Origin: Promethearchaeota archaeon | GTDB lineage: Archaea; Asgardarchaeota; Lokiarchaeia; Sigyniarchaeales; SOKP01 | Length of the DNA: 64,000 nucleotides | Reading direction: 5' to 3' | Assembly (NCBI GenBank): GCA_019057795.1 | Contig: JAHLWS010000087.1 | Coordinates: forward strand, 43,176-107,175 | Shown here: piece after piece, positions 8,561 to 19,080 of the stretch | Position numbering within the stretch: position 1 is the first letter of the stretch | Layout of the letters: each line of letters opens with the position of its first letter | Translations under genes and position numbers: made by a program | Notes under the pieces: model-generated | Database searches by the model: none | What the model was told of the DNA's origin: nothing | What the model saw: only the letters and a program-made list of their open reading frames with translations

Positions 8561-10258
8561 ATGTCAGACGAAGAAAACTATAATAAGCAAGTAAAAGAAG
8601 ATAAAGTAGGGAATTTATTAGGGAAAACCACTACGCACTCGGTACAAGTACAATTTTCTGACCTAACAATCGAGCGTAATTCTTATTTTGTAATCTATGG
8701 AGAGAAGGACGAAGAGGGAATAAGAGCTACCTATATGCTAAATATTGAGAAGTTATGGAGCGAAGCAAAAGGGATGCTTGCGGATCTGAAGGTATGTGGA
8801 GATAGACCAAAGAGACCGTTTGAGATAGGTTCAGAAGTTTATCGCGCATCTGAAATTCAAATTACTAAATTATTAGGAATTTATAACCTACCCGAAGAAT
8901 CCGTCTCTCTTGGGAAGCTGATAGGCTATCCATTTGATGTTAGATTATTAGTGAAAAACTTTGGAAGAATATTCATTACGGGGAAGTCTGGTAGCGGAAA
9001 GTCGTATACGATGGGTGTACTATGCGAAGAATTTATGAAAAAAGGGATTCCACTCGTAATTTTAGACAGACATGGTGAGTACGGGAGCTTGAAAGTACTT
9101 GCAGGAGAAAGTGAAGATAGTGAAGGAATTAAAAAAGAAAGCGCATTTGTGAATAGCATCATCGAATATTCTGATTTAAGCGTTAACAAAGGAGGGGATA
9201 TCGATGTAGAGTATCTATTTTCGTTAGATCCCACTGATATTGTTGCTCCACATCTATGTACAATTATCAATATGAGAGGTATGGATTTAAATGTACAAGA
9301 AATGGTTGCTGGTAAGCTTCTTAAAAGATTATATCAAGCAAGTACGGGTAGAAGAATTCCTCCGTTTTACTTACTACTTGACGAGGCTCACTTGTTTGCT
9401 GGAAAAAAACAAACCGAAACATGTGACATTGTAAAACTGTTCTCGCAAGAAGGTCGTAAATTCGGTGCAAATTTAATCATCGGTACACAGAGACCTCAAC
9501 TGTTAGATACAACTATTCGCGCTCAAGCTGGTACTTGGGTGGTTCATAACCTCACTGATATACGAGATATTGATGTTACGATTTCGAGCGCAGAAGATTT
9601 AACTCGAAGTAACAAAACGGATATTCAAGGGTTAGATAAAGGCGAAGCAATTATTTGTGGAGAAGCAATAAAAGGTATACCCCTATTCGTAAAAGTACGT
9701 AAAAGACTTACTGCTCATGGAGGGGTTGGTTTCAACCCACTAGACTTCCTTCCAAAACAAACTATAGAAGGACTACAAAAACGTAAGCAACAAATTTTAG
9801 GAGCAAAAACCGCTAACGAATTAGAAACTGGGAAATCTATTTATGAAGAAATTACCGCTCCTAAAACTTCAGCAGAATATTTAGATCAGATTGGCTACTT
9901 AAAAGTCAGAATTAAAGAGTTAGAAGAAGAAGTAGATATTTTAAAAGGAAGAATATTAGATGTTGAAGAAGGGAAAGGAGGTCCACTATATATTAGTCAA
10001 ATTACAGATAATGATGATGTTGAGGAACTCCAAACAGAAATAAAAGTATGGAGAGAAAAGTATAATTACCTTAAGGAATCCATGGAAAATCCAGATGCGG
10101 TGATATCCTCAGGTGAGGGAAGCAGTGAACTGATTCTCGAACTTCAGAACAAAACGATAGAATTAGAAGCTAACGTTCAGAAGTATAGGTCTCAATATAC
10201 CGATGCCTTACTCTTAGCCGAAAAAGCTATCAAAGAGTTAAAGAAGCGAAAAAAGTAA
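8561..10258 (+). CDS. HerA/FtsK-superfamily ATPase (DUF87) with C-terminal coiled coil
   Basis: Walker A GKSGSGKS, LDRHGEY, Walker B LLLDEAH, EGRKFG, TQRP; about 170-aa heptad-rich tail. Confidence 0.88.
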   Translation: MSDEENYNKQVKEDKVGNLLGKTTTHSVQVQFSDLTIERNSYFVIYGEKDEEGIRATYMLNIEKLWSEAKGMLADLKVCGDRPKRPFEIGSEVYRASEIQITKLLGIYNLPEESVSLGKLIGYPFDVRLLVKNFGRIFITGKSGSGKSYTMGVLCEEFMKKGIPLVILDRHGEYGSLKVLAGESEDSEGIKKESAFVNSIIEYSDLSVNKGGDIDVEYLFSLDPTDIVAPHLCTIINMRGMDLNVQEMVAGKLLKRLYQASTGRRIPPFYLLLDEAHLFAGKKQTETCDIVKLFSQEGRKFGANLIIGTQRPQLLDTTIRAQAGTWVVHNLTDIRDIDVTISSAEDLTRSNKTDIQGLDKGEAIICGEAIKGIPLFVKVRKRLTAHGGVGFNPLDFLPKQTIEGLQKRKQQILGAKTANELETGKSIYEEITAPKTSAEYLDQIGYLKVRIKELEEEVDILKGRILDVEEGKGGPLYISQITDNDDVEELQTEIKVWREKYNYLKESMENPDAVISSGEGSSELILELQNKTIELEANVQKYRSQYTDALLLAEKAIKELKKRKK

Positions 10259-10414
10259 TTTTTTAATAATATTTTATTCTTATTTTGATTTTTGAATTCA
10301 AAAAATTTTTTCTGTTTTCTTATTTATTAATGTATTTTCAAGTTTAACCAAAATATATTAATTTTATTATGGATATCTCAAGGTATTACTTATTAGTATT
10401 TAAAGCAAAGAGGA

Positions 10415-11488
10415 TTGATGATGAATATTGAGAGTATAAAAGTTCTTCAAAAAGAATTATCTTCGCTTATCGGAGTTTCTGGCTATGAAGATGATGTAAG
10501 TGATTTTATTTTAAAAAAGATAGAGAAAGAAAATTTAGTTGATAAGGCTTGGAAAGATAATTTGGGTAATATTCTAGCTGTAATAGAGGGTACTAATGGA
10601 AATAACAGAATTCTATTGGATGCGCATACTGATGAGATTGGTTTTATGATTTCTCACGTCGAAAAAAAAGGTTTCTTACGATTTGTTCCAATTGGGGGTT
10701 GGGATACGAGAATTTTATTAGGACAAACAGTGGTGATACGATCTGAGCCAGGAAAGATCCATCGTGGCATTATTGGATCGAAACCACCACACCTTACCTC
10801 TTTAAACGAGAGAAAAAAGATTGTTGAGATTTCAGATATGTATATTGATGTCGGGATGGATTCAAAAGAAGAAGTTGTTAGAAATAATATTGATATAGGA
10901 ACTACCGGTACGCTTTTCTCTCCTTTTGTAGAATTTCCTAATAACATGGTCCGTGGTAAAGCATTCGACGATCGCACTGGTTGTAATGTGCTCCTTAACA
11001 TCATGAAATTGTTAAAAGAAGAATCGCCTGTTAAAGACACGATCCTTTTTAATTTTGCAGTTCAAGAAGAAATAGGAGGTAGAGGTGCGATTACAGGAGC
11101 GTTTAATCTTAAACCAACAATTGCTATTGCCATAGAAAACACTACTGCTGCGGATGTTCCAGGTATCAAAGAAGCAGAAGTTCCAGCTTACATAGGAAAA
11201 GGACCAGCAATCACAGTAGCAGATAAATCAATAATTTCTAGTCCTAAAGTTAACAAAAGACTCGTAAAAAATGCTGAACTCGACAAAATTCCCTATCAAA
11301 TTAAGAAACCTATGTATGGCGGGACTGATGCAGGTAAGATTCATATTTCCCGAGAAGGTGTTCCAAGTTCAGTCGTATCTGTTCCTTGTAGATATATACA
11401 TTCTCCCACTTCTTTGCTCAAATTAGAGGATATTCTTAATACAATTCGTTTAATTAATGCATTTATTCGAAACTCTGCTAATATTTAG
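10415..11488 (+). CDS. M42 family (TET) aminopeptidase
   Basis: DAHTDEIG, KAFDDRTG, VQEEIGGRGA, GGTDAG, RYIHSP. Confidence 0.95.
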   Translation: MMMNIESIKVLQKELSSLIGVSGYEDDVSDFILKKIEKENLVDKAWKDNLGNILAVIEGTNGNNRILLDAHTDEIGFMISHVEKKGFLRFVPIGGWDTRILLGQTVVIRSEPGKIHRGIIGSKPPHLTSLNERKKIVEISDMYIDVGMDSKEEVVRNNIDIGTTGTLFSPFVEFPNNMVRGKAFDDRTGCNVLLNIMKLLKEESPVKDTILFNFAVQEEIGGRGAITGAFNLKPTIAIAIENTTAADVPGIKEAEVPAYIGKGPAITVADKSIISSPKVNKRLVKNAELDKIPYQIKKPMYGGTDAGKIHISREGVPSSVVSVPCRYIHSPTSLLKLEDILNTIRLINAFIRNSANI

Positions 11489-11537
11489 TGTAAAGAAGTG
11501 AATAAAAAGAAAATAAAAAATTTAATAATTCCTATCT

Positions 11538-12827
11538 TTATTTTGGTGGTTTAATTAAGTACGCTAAGATTGCTGATCCAACTGACATTATTCCCATTAC
11601 AATAAATAATATCAAATAGCTCCCAAAAATAGTAACAAATAAATTCACACCAACAGCACCAATAAATCCTGCAACACCATAAGCGGTAAAGACAATTCCA
11701 TAATTAGGACCTAAATTCTTTGAGCCAAACAAATCAGCAGTAGCAGTAGGGAATAAACTGAAATTACCTCCGAAGCAGAAATATATTGCACATGTTATTG
11801 TTAAGAAATATATCTCGCTGACATTCGTTGTAAAGTAGATAAACATGAGGATTGCTTGAATCGTAAACATTACCAGCATAGATTTTTTATAGGTTATCAT
11901 ATCTGCTAGTTTCCCCCAAACTATTCTACCTAATCCGTTGAATAAAGCTGCTAAACTCCCAATTAATACGAAATCACTGATTCCAATCGCATAAATGAAG
12001 TTATCTCCAACATCAACAGATTTAGCAAAAGCAGCGTACGATCCAATTACCATTAAACCAGACATCGCGCTTAACGCAAAGGCTGTCCAAAGCATCCAAA
12101 ATTGAGGTAATTTTACAGTTTGACCCCGCTCGAATTCTAACCCTGAAATTCCACTCTCTTCGGAAGGAGGTGGAGGTATCCATCCTACAGGCTTCCATCC
12201 TTCAGGAGGATTACTCAAGGTCATTGCTCCTCCAATAACAAGAACGATGTATACTATTCCTAAAACGATAAACATCATTGGGATATTTTGCGAAACTGTA
12301 GCAACAAAGTTTAGATCGGTAGTTTCTAATCCTGTTGGGTTAACTAATGATTTAATTACATAATTGAAAACGAAGGCGCCTGCTCCAAATCCAGCGACCG
12401 CGATTCCGTTAATAAATCCTTTTTTATCCGGAAACCATTTACCAGCTGAAGCAATTGGACACACATAACCGAAACCAATGCCAGCACCAAATATAACACC
12501 ATAAGTAATTAAAAATCCTATAAAAGTAGTCATAAAAGCGCTTGATATCAAGCCAATTCCAATCAAAATCCCACCTAAGATCGCGATCTTTTTCGGACCG
12601 TGTTTTTGCTGCAATTTGCCCGCAAAAATCATCGTAATCGCAAAGGTTAATAAACCTACTCCAAAAATATATACTGTAAGCTCTCTAGCCTCACCTAAAT
12701 AAGGGCTGAGGAAGATGGTGAGAGTTCCCCAAGAGTATATCGTGCCTAACGCTAACTGTATAAGAATAGCTCCTATTACAACAATCCATCGATTTCTAAC
12801 TTTTTGTTCTTTTTGTTCAGTCGACAT
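11538..12827 (-). CDS. OFA-family MFS transporter (oxalate/formate antiporter-like)
   Basis: About 12 TM segments; LGTIYSW, KWFPDKKG, NGLGRIVWG, GGNFSLFP, GPNYGIVFTA. Confidence 0.92.
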   Translation of the reverse strand: MSTEQKEQKVRNRWIVVIGAILIQLALGTIYSWGTLTIFLSPYLGEARELTVYIFGVGLLTFAITMIFAGKLQQKHGPKKIAILGGILIGIGLISSAFMTTFIGFLITYGVIFGAGIGFGYVCPIASAGKWFPDKKGFINGIAVAGFGAGAFVFNYVIKSLVNPTGLETTDLNFVATVSQNIPMMFIVLGIVYIVLVIGGAMTLSNPPEGWKPVGWIPPPPSEESGISGLEFERGQTVKLPQFWMLWTAFALSAMSGLMVIGSYAAFAKSVDVGDNFIYAIGISDFVLIGSLAALFNGLGRIVWGKLADMITYKKSMLVMFTIQAILMFIYFTTNVSEIYFLTITCAIYFCFGGNFSLFPTATADLFGSKNLGPNYGIVFTAYGVAGFIGAVGVNLFVTIFGSYLILFIVMGIMSVGSAILAYLIKPPK

Positions 12828-13015
12828 TTTCTTCAAATTTTAGTATTTAATTAAGTCTAAAAATTATGTGAAGAATAAAAACATTTCATTAATAAAATAT
12901 TGATGAATTTCCAAGTAGTTTGCGGAATAATAATTAAATTTCACAGTTTACTTTTATAAAATTAACAATGGCTAAAAAGGAGTTTTTATATAATTGTGAA
13001 TCAGAGTATTAAAAT

Positions 13016-14713
13016 ATGAATAAATTTAATCTATCAAAAAAACGAATAGCATTAATTTGTATCTTTCTGGCCATTTTCGTAGTCGGAACTATTTTCATTT
13101 TTGTAGTACCTTTAAGCGTCAAAAGCACATATGGATTATCGACTCAAACAGACGATGGTGTAACTATTTCCTTTAATGTTTTTGAACCTTTAGACGGGGG
13201 TTTGAACAAGCCAGCTTTTATAATTGGACATGGTTCTATGGTGAATAAAGAAATGGTAAAAGGCTACGCCTTAGAACTGGCAGCAGCAGGTTTTGTTGCT
13301 GTACCCTTTGATTTCAGAGGGCATGGTCAAAGTACTACGGGTGATTCTAGCGTAAGGATTAACGATGTTATTGCTATTAAAGAATATCTACAAACTAGGG
13401 GAGATATAGACATGAACTCATTAGGATATATCGGGTATAGTATGGGAGGTTTAGGACAAGCGTTAGTTCACGACGATACGGCATTCAAGTGTTTTATTGG
13501 AATTGGAACTTGGTTATATCCCGATCTAAGAAGAGGTGATTCAACCAATCCATTAAATGTTTTAATGATCCAAGCTTTATTTGATGAAGCTGTTGAACTT
13601 CCGTATCTAAAGGAGAGTTTGGCAACGCGCGTGGGCATCCCTATTTCAAATGTGGATTCAAACAAATTATACGGATCATTCCAACAAGGAAACGCAACAA
13701 TGATTTACTTAGATGATAATAGTAATCACCTGACAGTCGCCTGGGACGAAGACTTCATTCGTGAAGCAAGAGATTGGGCTATAAATTCGTTTGACATCGA
13801 TGTAGTAGATGAAACCTTTTATGTCAATGTAAGAGCTTTGATATTACTAGTGCAAGTGATTGGTGGCATTGGATTATTCTTATTAATCGTTGACCCATTA
13901 TCTAATTTGATTTTACAGACTAAAAACGAGAGAGAAAAAGGAGCAGAAATAAAACCCTATAGAATTGAAGCATCAGATTATTCAATCAAAAGTTTAACGG
14001 TTAAGCCAATATTATATTCACTGCTACTTGGTATTCCAGGCGTAATAATTTTTATACCAATTTTACTAGTTTTACCTTTAGCCATAGCCGGGTTCGTTGT
14101 TGCTTTGTTATTTGGTCAAGCATTTGGATTAATGGTTTTGTTATGGAGAATAGGGAAGAAAGATGATTTAACTTTTAAAGATATACTTAAAAAACCTTTT
14201 AGAGGAAGAAATAGATTTCTCAGGCAATTAGCATTAGGAGCAATTTTAGCAACGATATTATATGTAATCTCATATTTATCAATTGGGTTAAACTATTTAG
14301 GATTGTTTCCTTCCGTGACTAAAATTTGGACGGTCCCAATCTACTTCATCATCAGTTTTTTCGTAATCCTAATTCTTAATTTAATAACTCAAGTGATAAT
14401 TCAAAACAAGTTCGATGACTCTATTATTAATACTATTAAAATACTATTTTTGGGTTTTATCCTTCCATTTCTGTATTATTTTGTATATCTGTTACTTATC
14501 GGTGTGGTTTTGAGAAGTTTTTTTTACTTTGGGACTTTTATCCCAATCTCATTAGTGATGTTTACTCTAACATCTGCGGTGTCCATAATAACCTATAGAA
14601 AAACCGGAAATATCACTACAGGGGCTATAATAAACGCAGTTATACTGACTTTTCTGATTGTAACCATGTCTACACCACAAAGTGGCTTTGAGTTCTTGAC
14701 AGGCTTCTTTTAA
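13016..14713 (+). CDS. Membrane-anchored alpha/beta hydrolase with multi-TM C-terminal domain
   Basis: N-terminal TM, HG oxyanion motif, DFRGHGQS, nucleophile GYSMGG, about 8 C-terminal TM helices. Confidence 0.85.
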   Translation: MNKFNLSKKRIALICIFLAIFVVGTIFIFVVPLSVKSTYGLSTQTDDGVTISFNVFEPLDGGLNKPAFIIGHGSMVNKEMVKGYALELAAAGFVAVPFDFRGHGQSTTGDSSVRINDVIAIKEYLQTRGDIDMNSLGYIGYSMGGLGQALVHDDTAFKCFIGIGTWLYPDLRRGDSTNPLNVLMIQALFDEAVELPYLKESLATRVGIPISNVDSNKLYGSFQQGNATMIYLDDNSNHLTVAWDEDFIREARDWAINSFDIDVVDETFYVNVRALILLVQVIGGIGLFLLIVDPLSNLILQTKNEREKGAEIKPYRIEASDYSIKSLTVKPILYSLLLGIPGVIIFIPILLVLPLAIAGFVVALLFGQAFGLMVLLWRIGKKDDLTFKDILKKPFRGRNRFLRQLALGAILATILYVISYLSIGLNYLGLFPSVTKIWTVPIYFIISFFVILILNLITQVIIQNKFDDSIINTIKILFLGFILPFLYYFVYLLLIGVVLRSFFYFGTFIPISLVMFTLTSAVSIITYRKTGNITTGAIINAVILTFLIVTMSTPQSGFEFLTGFF

Positions 14714-14878
14714 TTTTTAATAAACTATCTTTTTTTTATTTCTTATCTAAAATACTATAAAGTTGTTTACCTAGATTTTTGATTAAAAACGAATTATAAA
14801 GATAAAAATCTTATAAATTATTATTAATATAATTAATAAAACTGGAAATTAAATGTTGTATTAATAAAGAAAAAATCG

Positions 14879-15253
14879 TTGAGTTGTATGTCGTCTAACA
14901 AAGGATTTTTATGGAGTTTTGTCTTTTTTTTAACTTTTGTGATTTACGGTTCAATTCCGACTTATGTCACAGTTTCTTATTGGGAATGGCTGAACGCACT
15001 ACGGTTTGAAGAAGAACCTATTTATACTCTTTCTTTATTTGTATTATTTTTATGGATCGTTTCTCTGATCGTTACTCTAATTTATATTGTGGCCATGATT
15101 CGCGCAATTGTCCAAAGAAAAAGCGAAGATTTAGGCATTCCTAAAGGTGTGAAAGGTTTTGGGCTTGTTTCAACTATTGTTATTATCGTTTTTATGGTAG
15201 TATGGTACTTGCTTTTCAATCAAGTAGCGTTTTTCTCAATGATACCTCCATAA
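14879..15253 (+). CDS. Hypothetical 3-TM membrane protein
   Basis: Three hydrophobic stretches in 124 aa. Confidence 0.7.
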   Translation: MSCMSSNKGFLWSFVFFLTFVIYGSIPTYVTVSYWEWLNALRFEEEPIYTLSLFVLFLWIVSLIVTLIYIVAMIRAIVQRKSEDLGIPKGVKGFGLVSTIVIIVFMVVWYLLFNQVAFFSMIPP

Positions 15254-15297
15254 AAAGAAGGAGTAATATTAAAATCTTGAATTTCAATTAAAGACAT

Positions 15298-16482
15298 TTA
15301 CAGGTTTATTGGATAGTTACCAAATTCTTTCGTTGCTTCAACCATCCAACACAAATTATCAACTTTTACAGCAGGGTGCATGTTAGCTGCGCTGACTATA
15401 TAACCGCCACCAGGTCCAGCAGTTTTAATTGAGTGTTTAACTGCGGCAAAGACCTCGTCCTTTGTCCCATAAGTAAGATCGTGTGCGATATCTATGTTTC
15501 CCATAAGACATAATTTATCGCCAACTTTTTTCTTTACGAGAGCTAGATCCACACCTGCCGTGGGTTCAAGACTATGCAAGCCATCGAAACCACAATCTAC
15601 AACGAAATCTAACAACGGGGTAACCTGACCGTCAGTGTGTAACACGATTTTTTTCCCTCGGTCGTGAACAGTGTCAGTAATCGTTTTATATGCCGGAAGT
15701 AATAATTCGTTAAACTTTTTTGGACTCATCATCGGACCGGTTTTGTAAGCTAAATCTCCCGATTCTATAAATAATTCAGCTCCAACATCCATATATGCGT
15801 TATAACAGGCAGCAGTAAATTCAGCGATAACTTCGTGAACCTCTTTGATAAATTTAGGGTTTTTATGAAGCATTCGTGAGTAATAAGTAAGACCCATGCC
15901 TTGCGTAGCGCTTTCAAATACTCCCGCTAAGTCGTTGGTGACGGCAACAAATATTTTATCTTTATGCTTCTTATTTATTCGGCGGAAGAATTTTTTAGCC
16001 ATCTTGGTGTATTTCTCAGTCATAGGTCCTTCTATGTTTTCTTTGGTCTCTTTCCATTTCTCAGGAGAATTCATAGTACCATATAAATAATAAGGATTGA
16101 AATTGCCCTCATTATTTCGCGCTTCCCATACACGTCCAAAAATGTCATTCATTAAAAGACGGTCGTCGTTCGGATCATCAAAAAAATAGAAGGGTAATAT
16201 ACCTACTTGCATACAGTCAAGGCCAATTGCCGCAGCTGCTTCCACACAACGAGAAAAAACACTCGTTTCTACGCTTTCTACAAGGTTACTCAACTCTTCT
16301 ATCCACCCATCAGGATTATCACGCTGTATCTGTTCTACAGTGTCAAAATCGGTAACTTGCGGTTTTCCTAATATTATATCGACGTTATTCGCATCGATAA
16401 GAATGGTGTGACACGGAACTCTATCGGGTTCTTCTAAATTTAACGCAGCAAGAACTCTTTCTCTACAATCCATTTTTCTCAT
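15298..16482 (-). CDS. Uroporphyrinogen decarboxylase / methylcobamide methyltransferase (URO-D/MtaA) family protein
   Basis: RERVLAALNLEEPDRVP, GDLAYKTGPMMSP, HTDG, LMGNID, GPGGGYIVS. Confidence 0.9.
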   Translation of the reverse strand: MRKMDCRERVLAALNLEEPDRVPCHTILIDANNVDIILGKPQVTDFDTVEQIQRDNPDGWIEELSNLVESVETSVFSRCVEAAAAIGLDCMQVGILPFYFFDDPNDDRLLMNDIFGRVWEARNNEGNFNPYYLYGTMNSPEKWKETKENIEGPMTEKYTKMAKKFFRRINKKHKDKIFVAVTNDLAGVFESATQGMGLTYYSRMLHKNPKFIKEVHEVIAEFTAACYNAYMDVGAELFIESGDLAYKTGPMMSPKKFNELLLPAYKTITDTVHDRGKKIVLHTDGQVTPLLDFVVDCGFDGLHSLEPTAGVDLALVKKKVGDKLCLMGNIDIAHDLTYGTKDEVFAAVKHSIKTAGPGGGYIVSAANMHPAVKVDNLCWMVEATKEFGNYPINL

Positions 16483-16590
16483 TAAATTGTTTTTTAATAT
16501 TATTAATTAAATAAGATAATTGGATTCTTTTTTAAAAATTTAATTAGAAATTTAAAAATACTAAGACTATGTAGTAAATAAAAAGAATAA

Positions 16591-17787
16591 TTAATTAATA
16601 GAAATAGGATAAGTTCCATATTTCTTTAATGTATTGTGCATCGCTAAATAGTTTTCTAATTTAACAGAAGGATTAATACTATGTCCAGAACTTAGGATAA
16701 AGCCTCCTCCTGGAGCAAGCTTTTTGATAAGATTTTTAGTGTAATTCTCTATATAAGTTTGCTCTTTATCGGCGAGATCTTGAGGAGAAACATTTCCGAT
16801 AAATGTAACTTTACCAGAATATTTTTCATTGAGTTTAAAAATGTCATAATCAGGATTTGCAGTTGTCGGTTCGAAAGGATGAAATGCATCAATTCCAACT
16901 CCAATTAGATCTTCAAATAATTCTATAATGTCTCCACAGCTGTGTAAGATCACTTTTAAACCTCCTTTATGTGCAACTTTACAACTTTCTTCTAACCAAG
17001 GAAGTACGTAAGTTCTATAGTTTTTAGGGCTCATCAACAAACCCGATTTATATCCATAATCATCCATTATCATTATCATATCGGTTTCTCCCCATTCGAT
17101 AAAAATTTTGACTAAATCTACAAGAAGTTTACCAAATCTATCAAAAACAACTTTGATCTTTTTTGGATTGGTTAATAGTTTACTAAATTTTGAAAACCCA
17201 AAAACTTGCCAAGCAGGCTCAAATAACCCCCATGCAGCAGGGATAATGGAGATTTTTCCTTGAGACTCTTTTTCTGTTTTTTTCATTGCTTTAAAATATT
17301 TTTCTCTTCGGGGAGTGTTAACCTCTAAAGGTGCAAAAGATTCAAATTCTTCAAAACTTTTAAATGCTCCACCTCTATAATATGCCATGTCCATACCATC
17401 TGAAGGGTTTTTTCTTACATCGAAAACTCTTCCGAATTCGTCTGTAAAATGCGTTTTATCACAGCTTATAGGGAAAAGGACATAGCCTATTAATGGAACA
17501 ATTGCTAAGTCGATTCCAAGCTTTTTATATAAATTTACATGCTTATTCATAGTAGTTTTAATATATGATCTTGTTTCCGTAGCCATAATAAGAGTTTTAG
17601 TTAAAGAGTCTGTATCTCCTTGAAAAAGATCGTAAGTATCATTATAACTTTTTACCATTCCTTGAAATACATAGTCCTCGTTAAAGTGTTCACATACTTT
17701 GAAATTATCTATTGACATCTCAAAAGAGGGTACTTTATCAGGTTCTTCAAAATTTAAAACCGAACGTATTCTTTCTCTACTATTCAT
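16591..17787 (-). CDS. URO-D/MtaA family protein (tandem paralog)
   Basis: RERIRSVLNFEEPDKVP, DDYGYKSGLLMSP, HSCG, APGGGFILSSGH. Confidence 0.9.
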   Translation of the reverse strand: MNSRERIRSVLNFEEPDKVPSFEMSIDNFKVCEHFNEDYVFQGMVKSYNDTYDLFQGDTDSLTKTLIMATETRSYIKTTMNKHVNLYKKLGIDLAIVPLIGYVLFPISCDKTHFTDEFGRVFDVRKNPSDGMDMAYYRGGAFKSFEEFESFAPLEVNTPRREKYFKAMKKTEKESQGKISIIPAAWGLFEPAWQVFGFSKFSKLLTNPKKIKVVFDRFGKLLVDLVKIFIEWGETDMIMIMDDYGYKSGLLMSPKNYRTYVLPWLEESCKVAHKGGLKVILHSCGDIIELFEDLIGVGIDAFHPFEPTTANPDYDIFKLNEKYSGKVTFIGNVSPQDLADKEQTYIENYTKNLIKKLAPGGGFILSSGHSINPSVKLENYLAMHNTLKKYGTYPISIN

Positions 17788-17820
17788 AATAATTCTCCTT
17801 TAAATTTAACCGCTTAAATT

Positions 17821-19029
17821 TCACTTAGTTAATATCTTCAATAATTTGATAAAAATATTAGGGTTTTTTAACGAAAATTTGATTAAAAAAGTAAAAACTA
17901 AGGGATTTTTTAATAACTTGAAAATTAAATCTTTTGGGAAATCCATATCGCCATAGAGCGTTATAATATGCTCAATTTTATTTTCTTTTACTATTTTAAA
18001 GAAAACTTCGAAATCTTTATTTGTTAGTCTTTCTAAAATAAGCCTTATAAGGTAATGAAGCTTCAATTGCTTACCGATTGTTCTCAAACAAGGCGTTTCA
18101 TAATGCTTTTTAATAAATCTTTTTGAAAAATTATTCTGTTTGAAACTAAGTTTAACGCAATTTGAAGCGTGCTTCGCAGCAGTCAATAACATGACAATGC
18201 CCCCTCCTGTTGTAGCTTTAACTTGCCCTGCTGCGTCACCTAACAATAAAACATTCTTAAAAGCACTTTTATTCATAATTCCGTAAGGGATAATCCCTCC
18301 TTGCTGATCTATCTTATTGTTGATATCTATGCCTAGCTTCTTTAAATAAATATGGAAACAATCTTTTACGTTTTTAGAAGATGCTATGCCGATTCGGTAA
18401 ATATTATTACCCTCAGGTACAATCCACCCAAATAATTGTTTCCATAGAGGGTGAAAGTACATAACTGCTTCGTTTTCATGAAAATTGCCTTTAATTCTAA
18501 TTTGAGCGGCATATAGAACCTTATTCTTCACTTTCAAGCGTTTTCCTACCGAAGTTAACGGCCCGTCACACCCGATTAGCATCTTAACTCTTATCAATCT
18601 TTTAGATGTATCAATTAGCACATATCTCTGGTCATTCTCTATGCTGTATTTAAACGATCTAAACCTTTCGCCAAGATAGTAAGTGATATTCCTAGCGTTT
18701 TTATTTTTACCGTAAAATAAACGATCTAGAGCAATTCTATCGATTACATAGGGGTGTTCGTTACCAGAAAGTTTGATGAAATTTCCCGATGGGTTAACGA
18801 TTTTTGCCGTCTTAACTCGATTTAATACGATCTCTTCAGGCAGTTCTATTAATTGACTTAACTTTTGGGAAATAATTCCAGCACATTGAAACGGTAAGCC
18901 AATATCTTTGTGCTCCTCGATAACAACAATTTTTATATTCGATTTAGACAATAAATAAGTTAAATAATTTCCGCATATACTCGCACCAACAACGCATACA
19001 TCAAAATTTTCGAAATTTCTTTTTTCCAT
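17821..19029 (-). CDS. Geranylgeranyl reductase family FAD-dependent oxidoreductase
   Basis: DVCVVGA, IGLPFQCAG, IGCDG, FGWIVP, GDAAGQVKATTGGGI. Confidence 0.9.
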   Translation of the reverse strand: MEKRNFENFDVCVVGASICGNYLTYLLSKSNIKIVVIEEHKDIGLPFQCAGIISQKLSQLIELPEEIVLNRVKTAKIVNPSGNFIKLSGNEHPYVIDRIALDRLFYGKNKNARNITYYLGERFRSFKYSIENDQRYVLIDTSKRLIRVKMLIGCDGPLTSVGKRLKVKNKVLYAAQIRIKGNFHENEAVMYFHPLWKQLFGWIVPEGNNIYRIGIASSKNVKDCFHIYLKKLGIDINNKIDQQGGIIPYGIMNKSAFKNVLLLGDAAGQVKATTGGGIVMLLTAAKHASNCVKLSFKQNNFSKRFIKKHYETPCLRTIGKQLKLHYLIRLILERLTNKDFEVFFKIVKENKIEHIITLYGDMDFPKDLIFKLLKNPLVFTFLIKFSLKNPNIFIKLLKILTK

Positions 19030-19080
19030 TATAAGATGTTATGTTTACTACAAATTAGAATTTTTTGAAAAGTAATAAAA

